Below are positions 51,001 to 62,183 of a stretch of DNA of 64,000 nt, one piece after another; position 1 is the first letter of the stretch; the number at the start of each line of letters is the position of its first letter. The notes under the pieces are model-generated. The model did no database searches and was not told the origin of the DNA. It saw only the letters and a program-made list of their open reading frames with translations. This stretch comes from Cycas panzhihuaensis. Lineage: Eukaryota > Plantae > Cycadophyta. The translations under genes and the position numbers were made by a program. The stretch lies in NCBI GenBank assembly GCA_023213395.1, contig CM041465.1, forward strand, positions 221,471,741 to 221,535,740, given 5' to 3'.

Positions 51001-51955
51001 CATTTGCTCTACTTCTTGGGCTGCATCTACTATAGTAGGTTGCATTTCTACATTACGAGCTCTTCCACTCATTCTTGCACTTTGTGGACATTGTGCAACA
51101 TAATGCACTCTCTCATTATATATGTAGCATCTTCTCTCTCCCATGCCTGTCGGAGCATGCTTAGGTACTGGACTTTGTCTTGGATTTCCTTAAGAAGGAT
51201 TGTTGTTTCTGCCACCTTGATCAAATCTTTGAGGTATGAACTCTTCACTTGCTAGGCTTGTTCTCCCTTGTCTTTTCTTCTTCCATCTTGTTGGCTTCTC
51301 ATGTCATGTAGCCTTGCCTATTGATTCTCATAATATCTAGCTTTGCGAAATGTCTCTTCCAGGATTCTTGGTTCAAATAGTTTAATTTTGTTCTATATGC
51401 CTTCATTCAATCCACTAACATACCTATGAACCTTGACTTTCTCCTCCTAGATATAGGGCACATATTGTAGTAATTCCATGAATTCCCTTTCATATTCGCT
51501 AATTGTTTTCCTTCCTTGCTTCAACACATGGAAGGCCTTAGTTTTCTTGTCATAATGTTGTTCTGATAAAAACTTCTATTTGAAGTATTTTACAAACTTG
51601 GACCATCTTAAATCTCTCTTTTGGAAGCCTTTAACTTTCTTGTGGTGCTTCCACCACAATGATGCCTTTCTTGTCAAGTGAGATGTTTATATTCTTGCCT
51701 TCTCATTGGTGTAGAAGTCATTCCACCCAAAGTATTTCTTCATATTTAACAGTCGGGCTTCTTCTTCCTCTTCTTTTTTGATTTCTCCATTGAAGGTAGG
51801 GGGTCTTACCTTTCTCATCTCAAATTGAAGCGAGCTCCTCCTTCCTCTTAGTCTTGGTGTTTCATTAGAGGATTTAGTGTTGAAAGTGTAATATTCTTTA
51901 CTAGAGCTTCAAGTTCTCCTTTGAGTCCTTCTACCTATGTGTTCACGAGTTGTGA
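48091..51955 (-). mobile_element. Element L: Gypsy (Tekay-like) gag-PR-RT-RH lacking integrase, with adjacent 772-bp LTR (48091-48862)
   Basis: gag LQFEMRKVRPPTFNGE, RT MPFGLTN/FIDD, RNase H HDLE...IWRHY, and PPT-like AGAGGGAG before TGTCAAGGGG. Confidence 0.82.
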
Positions 51956-52965
51956 TCCAGGAGGATCTACCATATGGTTACAGGAGGCAGAAAATGCTAG
52001 GAGGATCTACTATATGTCTACAGGATGCAGAAAATGCTAGGCATTGGCATAACTGAAAGAGATATGGCCAAATGGTATCAAACTTATATGAAATTTTGTG
52101 GAAAGGAAGAAGACACATCCCACTACATGTGTACAAAAGGTGGGGTTCAGAAAATATCATTTGATTAGATTTCAAGCCTTGTTTTGCCGAAAATTGATCC
52201 TACAGCCAGCAGAAAAATAGTAAATACATACTATCATTAAATCAATGAAAATGTGGTCAAATGACATCCAAATGAGCTAAAATTTTGAGGAAGCGAAGGG
52301 GACATGTGTTCCTATACGTGTACCAAATTTGAACCAAATTGGAGTTCGTTAAGCCTAGGTGCAAGCCGCAACTTTTAAGAATTGCATGAAGGCCACTTGG
52401 ACAACATGCATTCTGGTTGTTAGTGGTTATACTTGCATGATTGCCACTTGTTAAACATGCAATTTGGGTTTCATTCTATAAATTGAGCCCTCTTGAGCTC
52501 ATTTACGTGGTTGGAGACTTGGTTCTTGTATGTGAAAGAGACTTGACTTGGGAGCATCCTTGGAGAAGCACTTGGAGGGTTGGAGGCCCCTGTTATGGTA
52601 TAATTGTATCATCTATTCCTTGTAACTTGACCATTCTTTTGCTAGTTGTTTTCTCCACCATTAAATGGAGATTTTTATAGTTTAATAAAAGTATTATTCT
52701 TCTTACCTTTGGAACTGGCAAGTATAAATGATTTGGTGTAGAATTTTCTTTTGTGGGCTCATCCTTATTTTGATGTTATTGAGAATTCTATACTAATACC
52801 CAGGATTTCAAGGAGAAAGGTTGATAATTTATTTCTTCACCAATTAAGCTCTACTTTGGGATCGAGTTGTTACCTCTCATGACCCACTTCTTCCCCCATT
52901 ACTTCAGAGGTTTCTAATATTCTTTGACCTCTCTCGTTCCATGGTTTGTTGGATGTTCTATAACA
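51956..52965 (+). mobile_element. Element M: truncated LTR fragment
   Basis: CTATAAAT box at ~52477, AATAAA at ~52684, end ...CTATAACA, and a 40-bp tandem duplication at 51960-52040. No 5' end or TSD. Confidence 0.5.
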
Positions 52966-55900
52966 TGGTTTCTCAGCTGCTCTCTCAGCTGATTAACTGT
53001 TGCCACCATGGTCATTTTGGCATCAATTCTTGGAGTTCTTTGTCTTACAATCTCTTATGTGCCCCTTTCTTCAAAATTGGTAATTTCTTCATCTTTTGGT
53101 TCCTCCTCCATATCATCCCTAAGTCTATCCATTTCTATCCAGATTAAGTTTGTATCCCACCATGCAACCTATCAAATTCTATTTTAAGAAAAAATTGTCA
53201 GAAATTGAGTGATGTTGCAACTTGGCAACCTTGGCAACAAAATGAACAAGGTTGTAATTTGTACAACCCTAACAACAACTTGGATGAAACTATGCTTGAA
53301 GTAACTTTGGTAGCAAATCATATATTGTTGCAATGCTTGCAACCCTGGCAGCAACTTAATAATGTTGCTTGCTTTTGCAACCCTAATAACAGTATGTTTA
53401 GGTTACTTTTTCCAAATGCTAATGGTTACTTGGTTTACAATGCAACTTTGTAACCCTGTCAACAATGTATTTGCCCAATTGTTTGGACTAAAACCTGTTG
53501 CTTTACAAATTGCAAAGCCTATCAGTAAGGCAAATGGTAAGCTTTGAAATCTATTAGGTAATGCAACTTTAATCTTGGTATCAACACAATGACTTGGTAA
53601 ACTTGTCAATCAATGCTGCAACGCATGAGGCAACTTTGATTGTAAGTTGTACATGGTCAACATAATAGTTTTTGAATCCTGCAATATGAATTTTGCAATC
53701 TAAACTTGCAATTCCATCAATCAAGATTTATTAAGGCTTTAAATCTCTTATGTTGAGTTGTCTTGGACAGCATTCAGGTCTATTGGTTTAGGGTTTGTTT
53801 GGCAGCCTCTTTAACTTACTGTACTGAAGGTAATTTGGCAGCTTTTAGGTTTGTTCAATAAAGTGTCTAACAACTCACACCTCTATGGTTTTGAGAGTTA
53901 TTTCACTACCTTAAATATATTATCTTGGGGTCCCTTAGCAACCTTCAAAGTTGGATGCTCTGATGCCGCAAACTGTCACAACCCTGCCTGCTATGATACC
54001 AAACTATCAACCAATTATCCCACCTTATGTCTGCATTGAGGAGGTTTATTAAATTCTTTCTTTTAATTATTACAGTTAATTCTCCTTTGCAACACGAGGA
54101 TGGTACTGCTCAATTCCATGCTTGGATTTGTTAAGGTTTCTTGAAAATCTTTGAGTTGCTCAGGGTAAGTGTTTGCCCATGGAAGCAACAAATCCAAAAA
54201 CTGAGGGTACTTAATCAATCATGAACTATGCTCATTTGTTCTCAACAGCCATATACCAAAAGTAATGCAAGAATCCAACATTTACATTCAACCACAAATC
54301 AACAAGACAAAGATGTAACAGTGGAAATATGCCAACCAACTTGATTGCTTCTGTTGGATTTACCTCCCGACCATCTACAATCTTAAACAGGAATGTGCCC
54401 TGGAGTTGGAGCACATGATATGAATGCAGGAGTACTGGTTTAATCACTCATCACACAGCCCCTAGCTACTCTAATTACAGTAGTCCTCTTGGGAAACAAT
54501 CTTCAATACAACAAAGCTGTAATGGACTCTTCTGTTGCTATATGAGTCTTGAGTGTCGTTGTCAACCTTTTGTTGTTGTTGAGACCTTGCATGCGTTACA
54601 CATTTCTCTCATTCTTCAGAACAATAATCAGTATAAGACATCACATATGGCTCCTTGCCAAGCCAATCTCAATGGACTATCTCTATGGGCAACATGCAAT
54701 TCAAAAACCCTTCATGTGTTCACATTGCCAACTCATATCGGTGATTGTGTGTTTCATACCACACAACACACCAAAAATGAGTGTGTGAATCTATACCCTG
54801 TAGGCATCATCTCATGCACAACCAAATATTAAGGTCTTACTTTGCCTATCAAGAAGGGGGCCTACCTTGCCCGAGTTCCTGTCAAAGACATGGTAGTCTT
54901 ACTCTACCTTGAAAGTGTCTTACTCTGCCCTCAAAGAAGTGGGTCTTACTTTGCCCAAGTTCCTTAATATTCAAATACCTCAGGGTTTTACTTTGCCCTG
55001 TCATTGTTTATCACCAAACGAATAGTCCAAAGAGGTTAACCTGCAAGTCACCCACAGATGTATGCCCTAGGCTAACCATGTCCCTTCACGGGATGGTAGT
55101 GATCACCGTGAGTGTACAAATGAATTGAAACCAACTGTAAAACAGATGTCAAAGCTGAGGGCAACACCAAGTTTACCTACCTAACTTTTACTAACATTAT
55201 AGCAGTTCATTTCAAATTGAACAGGCTCTATTTCAGGATAAATTTCAGCAAACAGGGTGCATAATTTGGCTGTTTAACACAACACTGTTTTTAACTCAGT
55301 CATGGATAATTGACGTGATTTTACTCACAGATTTAGGCAGCAATCGTTTGCCTCCACATAAATTTTGGGGGCCAAATTCTAAGTTTAAGCCCTCCAAATA
55401 ACACCTGGTTGCTCTTGAACTCAAAATGGCTTTCTACAGAACAGAGTATATGACTCTGCCACTCCAATTTCACACAGATTTTGATTGAGTTACAGATAAT
55501 TTGCAGGATTTTGCCAACACCTCAAATTAGCATTCTTTTATCTCCTCACCAGTTTTTAGGGCCAAATTCCAAGTTTAAGCCCACCAAATTTTGCTTGTTT
55601 GCTTGATTATTTTGTGTCACAATCCTGTGCTCATTCAGACATTTTGTCAAATAGTTGGCATGTGCCAACTTAAAAGGAATTTCGGCAATATTGACTTACA
55701 TATAACTCTCAGTCTCTTAGCTCGATTTATTAGCCAACATGGCAAAAGAATCTTCATGCAATACAATGCAGCCAGTGGGGAGGCTCACTCAACCTAAGAA
55801 CAAATTTAACCAACCAAAAGATTTCTTTATTAGCTAAAAAATTCAAATCTAAGTCGTGATAGCGAAATCTGGCATCTCCAGACCTTTCTCTATTTGGTAT

Positions 55901-56570
55901 TTTGTGTTCACTATAGGTAACTCGCACTTCAGGAGTTGTTCCTTGCTCAGTATAGTCGCCCTCCCAATAGAACTTCCTCTCTGTGTGCTCTCGAGCTTCC
56001 TATTCTTTTGTTTCTTCTCCACACTCCTCATGTCTAACGCTTTCTGACTATTTGTTTTTCCCATGCTCCCTGCTCCAGGGATCAGTCATTACTTTTCCAA
56101 CTGTTTCTTGTAACTGTTTTGAGGTGGATTTGTCAACCAATTGGGTTGTGCCAAGTGGATTTGTATGCTTGTTGCCCTTTTCTGCATTTTCACACCCATT
56201 GAATGCCTCAAACATTCACTTGCAAAATCTTGGGGTGTTTTCCTTTGTATTTATGCATTCCTTTGTGCTCATGCGAAATCCCTTTTCTATTTTGTTTGTT
56301 TGCACAAATGCGAGAAGCTTCCTTTGTATTTTGCAATTTCATATTTGATTGGCTGAAGGGCCCCCTTCAACTTGTCCATCTGTGAACTTGCAAGCTTCCT
56401 TTTGTATACTGAGACTTAGTTTATAATTCACTTCCACATTTAAGATCTTTGCATTTTGACCTTTCTTTGCAATCATTTGCCACTTGTTAGTAAGCTAGTT
56501 ACTTGCTCTTCAGCTTGGTGAATTCACCCTCTGCTAACTTTGATGTTGATTTGCTAGAGTCGAGTCTACA
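52966..56570 (-). mobile_element. Element J: 5' part of an LTR element (LTR ~54005-56570, Met-PBS, 5' UTR, ORF start)
   Basis: TGTAGAC start on the minus strand, PBS TGGTATCATAGC at 53990-54001, and GTCTTACTTTGCCC-type repeats at 54834-55000. Confidence 0.6.
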
Positions 56571-59440
56571 AGAGAGCCAAATAATCTACTAAGCCTATCA
56601 TCTACCCTTACATTTAATTTGCACCCCTCTATTCTTCCTTCATTCATATCATCCACTCCCCCATGTATTTGCCCATCAGGAGCAATCTAATTGGTTTTTG
56701 TATTGTGTAAGCCACAACAAAAATGAAGATTGCATTGCATGTGGTGTAGGGTAAAAATCCAACACCTTGCAACAAAACCAAATGACAAACTAACTATTCT
56801 TAAAACACCAAATGGTGCATCCTAACACTTGGTGGAGTATAAATTAACCTTCCACCTCATAAAGATGAATAAGAAAGTAAAGTGGTGCACCCTCACACTT
56901 GGTGGAGCATAAAATAGGCTTCCACCTTACATAGGGTGTTCAAAAACAAAGAAAAGAAACAGTAACATAACAAGAGTTTACATTTACTTCCAAGTTTAAA
57001 ATGAAGAAGGTAAAGAAAAGTTGTTGCATAAATGCATAGTTGGAGTTTGAGTCATAGGTTGGTCACCTTGGGGTTGGGTCCTTATAGTACCAAAAAGGTA
57101 CATTTCTCCATATTTAGACACAAATTGCTTTTCTTGTTAATGTCCAACATTAAACATAGATTGCTCAAATGATTTTTCAATAGGGTGTAAAGAGTCTAAT
57201 CATGCAAAAAGACTTCAATTGTTTTCCTTGTGGTTTCTTTGAAGATATTCAGAATCACCCTTTGAAAAGTAGCTAGTGCATTAGTCAAGCCAAAAGGCAT
57301 GGCATGATGGGCATTAATGCTCCACTCCATCATAAAGGTTGTTTTCAATTGATCTTTCGGAGCAATTCGGACTTGGTTATATCCATTGAATCCATTAGTG
57401 AATGAGAAAACCTTGTGTCTAACCACCTTTTCTAAGATGTCTTCAATGAATGGGATAGGAAATGGGTCTCATTTAGTGGCCTTGTTCAAGGCTCTATAAT
57501 TCACACAAGTTCATAGTTTCCCATTTTTTTGGAAACTACTATCATCAGACTCACTCATTCATTATTTTTTACTTTGAAGATGTATCCAACTTCTAACAAC
57601 TTATCCAACTCTGCTTTGACTCTTTCCTTATATTTGGGGTTCATTTTGTATGGGCATTGCCTAACTAGCTTTGCCCTTTCAATTAAGTCAATTTTATGCT
57701 CCCCTAGTTCCAGTGGAATACCTTTAAGGCCCTTATAGGACCGTGTGAAAATGTTCTTGTACTCCATGACAAGAGTTGTAGCTTTGTTCACAATCTCCTT
57801 ATCCTAGTAGTCACCATGGTGACATATTTGGGTTGCTTTTCTATCCCAATGTTGATCTTTTGGAACTTTAATTCTCTTCCTTGAATAGTTTTCCTCCTGC
57901 ATCTCATAAGTTGGTGTCCGACCTATTGTCCTATGTCCATATCCTATAGTAAAATATGCAGGTGAAAAATTTTAGAGATTCAACAGACTCCCTTCTTTAG
58001 AAAGAGAGCCTGGTTCAGGCATTTGTTCATTCTCTTCTACCGTTTGCATGCTGAAACATCCTAAAGCTTGAGTTGTCATTTCTTTTTCCTTTAATGTAGA
58101 AAGTACTATTTGTGTCCTAGGATCTAGGCTCTAATAAGTAAAAGTTACACAAAATTCTTGTTCCAATTCATTCCATTCTACAATATGAGATTTCTCATAA
58201 CGATGATACCAATGTTGGCTTATATCCTGGAATGTGATAGCCCAATGTTGAGCTCATTCTTGTTGTTCTATGCCCTTATTTCCCCAAATCTTCATGCAAT
58301 ATTGAAGATGTTTATGTACGTCCTCACCATTGAAAAATTTAGACAACCAATTCTTTTCTTTTTGAAATCTATTTTTCATTAGGGACCAATTATGAAATTC
58401 TGTGCAACATGCACAGTACCAACCAAATGCTTACCCAATTAATGATAAAGGAAAGAGATACATCCAAAATTGTTCTTACCATTGATTATTGTTCCAAATT
58501 TTTACACATGCTACATGATTTTCGACGAATCCCTTTTCACCCCAAAACTATGGAAGTTTCCCAAGAATCTTAGTAAATAGTTTTGGATTACCTCAAATTG
58601 CTTGTAGTCTAGGTATCCCTTGCTAGTTTGTTGTCTTCTCTTTTTCACGTAGACTTTGTACTTCTTTAAACATTTCTGCTAGGTTGGCTTCAGATTTTGT
58701 AGTTTATTCCTTTTAATCTTCCTCTAAAGTATTTGCTCCCTTTTGCTCTTTTTTTAGGGTCAAATCTAGGCATGCCTCTAATCGATAATAGTTTGATGGA
58801 TCTATTTGCTCCGATGCATTCTAGAGCCAATTCAACAAGTATGTGGAGGATTGCCTGCTCTCCAAGGATTGAGGTGTACTTTGTGCTTAGTAAGCAGTCT
58901 CTGAACAGGGGCACAATGTTGGTCCGGTATCTAGTTTTGTGGAAGAATCTTTATCTTCATCTTTGATCCTTCCAATATTTGGTCCATTTGAGCACAAGAG
59001 TATAGTGGCCAATCGTCCTCCTATTGAAAGCTTGGAGGTAACCTTTCCCCATTATTGAATTGCCTTAGTGGTCAATAACCATGGTCTCCCAAGCAACATT
59101 GGATATGTTTTTTTATGATTTTGCAATTGCACCATAGCAAAATCAAGCAGGATAGTGATTCTAGCCATTGTTATTGGAACAATCATTAATGTATCCATCA
59201 ATTTCACCTACAATTGGTTTTCCAACCTTATAGATTGGTTTTCCAACCTTATAGAATATTTTGGGGATACTATTTTCGACCTTCCCAATGAAATCTAAGA
59301 AGTCGCAGGCAACACATTGACCCTAGATCCACTGTCCACTATGGTCTTACAAATTGTTGTACCAAATATTACCATTGGCATGTGTGGATTGACATTATTG
59401 CTCTTTAGGTTCCTCAACATGTGTTGCTCAATTTTATCAA
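56571..59440 (-). mobile_element. Element N: non-chromovirus Gypsy with protease-RT, deleted RH/INT, 3' UTR, PPT and start of 3' LTR
   Basis: IVDSGSRVNV protease at ~59315-59342, RT GYNQVRIAPKDQLKTTF...[11 protein letters not shown] at 56624-56643, and LTR start TGTAAGGG at 56612. Confidence 0.8.
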
Positions 59441-62183
59441 TGTTAACGTGGTAGTTGTTTGTTGAGCCACTAGTTAATGTTAATGTGGTGGTTTAACTTA
59501 ATTGTGATTAACAAAATGGTGCGAGTTATGCAAAGGGTCACAACCCTTGTCAATTGACACCTCTTGGAAGGATATAAAATCTTAGAGGCCTTATATATTC
59601 ATATCAAGCAAGTGGTAATCAATGTGATCAATTGATCTTTGGGGTGGGTCTTTTCCCGAAAGTGTTTCTCACATAAATCCTGTGTACTGTGCAACTATTT
59701 TATGTGTCTATATTGTTTGCTTACTGCGTATGGTAAAAGATTCTGTGGATGTAAACATGTATGAGTTCATTCACGTTTTTTAACATAGTATCGGAGTCGT
59801 AGACTCCCACATAGCTAAAGCCAGAAGTTGGGTGGAGCGATGAGATCGTTGGTTGTCGGGTGATGCTGTCAAACCCAAGAGGTTTCTTGAGGATTTATCC
59901 TCTCCAACAAATTGCAGTAGTAGGCATAGTGGTCAATGGTGGTTGAGGAGGTGGAATTCACTTTATCAACGAGGTTAAGGCACTATTGGAGTCAAAATTC
60001 AGACGTGCAAGCCACATTCGTGGAGTGTGTTGGCTCGTTGGAGGTCATCCAAAGCTGGTTGGTGTATTGTGGCATAAATTGAAGTCAACAGAGCGTGTAC
60101 TAACGAAGATACAATGATGGTGAGGACAACCAAAGCATCATACAAAGGTGGGCAACTTTATAAGCATGTGGCCACTTTGTGTACAACCGTATGAGTCATT
60201 ACAAGTTGGAACTAGTTTGTACGACCCCTTGTATGAGTGCTAGGCTGTATAGACACTGTTCTTCCTAGGTATAACTAGTCGTAAGTCAATTTTGGAGTCT
60301 GTTGGAGCTCAAATGATCTGTGTGGAATTTGTTGCAGCCGCATCATGTTTATAGTCAGCAGGAGAGATAAGACATATCAAACGATGCTATCTTGATATAT
60401 TTATCCTATCTTAATCTTAGTCGGCCAAATAAACATGTGTCTTTAGTTATTTAACATGTGAGGTTAATAAAAAGGCATGCAACTAGTGAGAAAAAGTTGC
60501 AACTCTTCAAAATATGCCTTTTGGCATATTCCTCACATAAAATAACTTTATAAAAAGCCTTTGAATCATTGATGTTTCATTTGTGAAGCATTGTGGAGTG
60601 TTATGTGATCATTTTTGAGCCATTTATTGAGTGAATCTAACTTGAAAGACCATACAACCAAAATTATGATGTCATTCCTTCTATTTGGAGCATATTCTAA
60701 GGCATCTTGAGTCAATCTTAAGCCTTTTTTGAGCATTTTATGGACTTTTTTAAAGCCAGTTGGTGAGAGTTGGACAGTTGGTGAGTCGTTTCAGTGTGCA
60801 TAAGCGTTGTTTGGTGATCCCCAGTGAGTGTTCTTGAGAAGGAGGTGATCACATTGGTGTAGGTTTTTTCTAGAGGACTATAATTTTAGTAGTCTGGTGA
60901 TATTAACTCGTTTGTTGAAGCTCGTTTTTTGAGATGGATCATGATGCCTAAAGTTATTCTTAATGACAACAATTTCGGTGAGCGGAAGGCCAACATGGAG
61001 TTGGTATTGATGGTGAATCAACTCTGGGCGATTACTAAGGCGAAAGTGGACGCAGTCCCGCTTGACCATAAAGAATGCATATGACTTCAAGAGAAGTAGT
61101 TTATGGCCATCAGATTGTTGAAAATGTCATTGGTGCCAAACTAGAGGGCGTTGGTTCATAACCTAGAACAACCAGATGAAATCTAGGCAAAATTGTATGA
61201 AACTTTTGAGAAGAAGACGACGAATAGACGTCTGGACTTAATGTTGGAGCTTCTCAATTCTAGAGTAGAAGATGAGACCAACATAAGTTCCTACCTGAAT
61301 AAAATCACTGACTTGAGGAATAAGTTAGAAAAGTTGAAGCCAAATTTAATTGATGATGCACTTTTGTTTGTGATAATCATGTCAAAGTTGCTAGTTGCCT
61401 TTGCCACTTTCTAGACCATTTATGGTAGAGATGAGGTGATGGAGGCAAAGACATTTGATGCTATAAAGAGTCTTATTCTAGCGGAGGATGCCAAGTTAAA
61501 ACATCATGGAATGCTTGGAGGTTTTGAGTCAAGTTTGGCTTTAGCCATGAAGATACAAACAAGAGAGGTCGTTTAGGAGGAGAAGTTCACACAAAGGTCT
61601 GGGAAAGACTCTTGAGAGAAGAAAAAATTCACTGGTAAATGTAACTGCTACGAGAAGAAAGGCCACAAGGAAAAGAATTGTTGGTTCAAGAGACGAGACA
61701 AATGCATAGTTAACCAGGATGATAAAAGGAAGAGCATAGCAACACATTATGTCAGAGTGTCAGCCAAGTCAAGTCAAAGAGACTACTGGATATTGGACTT
61801 TGAAGCATAGAAGCACATCTCTTTCCATAAGCACAACTTTGATGCATGGAGTAAAAATCATAGTGGTGCTGAGATTATCTTTGGAGATGCTTGCGTGTTA
61901 CTAGTGGAAGGTGTTGGCGATGTTTCCTTGGCAAGTGGTAAGTTTATAGGGGTCTATTATGTACCTAAGATGCAGTTGAATTTACTTTCGGTCTGAGAAA
62001 TCTGCAAACAAGGAATGGAGGCGGAGCTTTATAATGATAGATGTCTGATTAAGGATCCTAATTTCTCTATCATTATTACTGGGAAAGTTAGAGATAATTT
62101 TTGGGTGTTTAAAAAGTTTCAATCCCAAAAGAAGTGCTATGCTTTTATTGCCAGTGCAAATGATGTGAGCAAACTGTGGCATG
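59441..62183 (+). mobile_element. Element O: Ty1/Copia 5' part inserted in N
   Basis: LTR 59441-59785 (TGTTAA..TTAACA), PBS TAGTATCGGAG, gag, Zn knuckle at ~61640, WILD protease, and LWH. Confidence 0.8.

Noticed and set aside
44752-59440. K (INT, +) and N (PR-RT, -) as halves of one inverted element
   Set aside because: N has its own 3' UTR, PPT and LTR start that do not match the 3' region of K.
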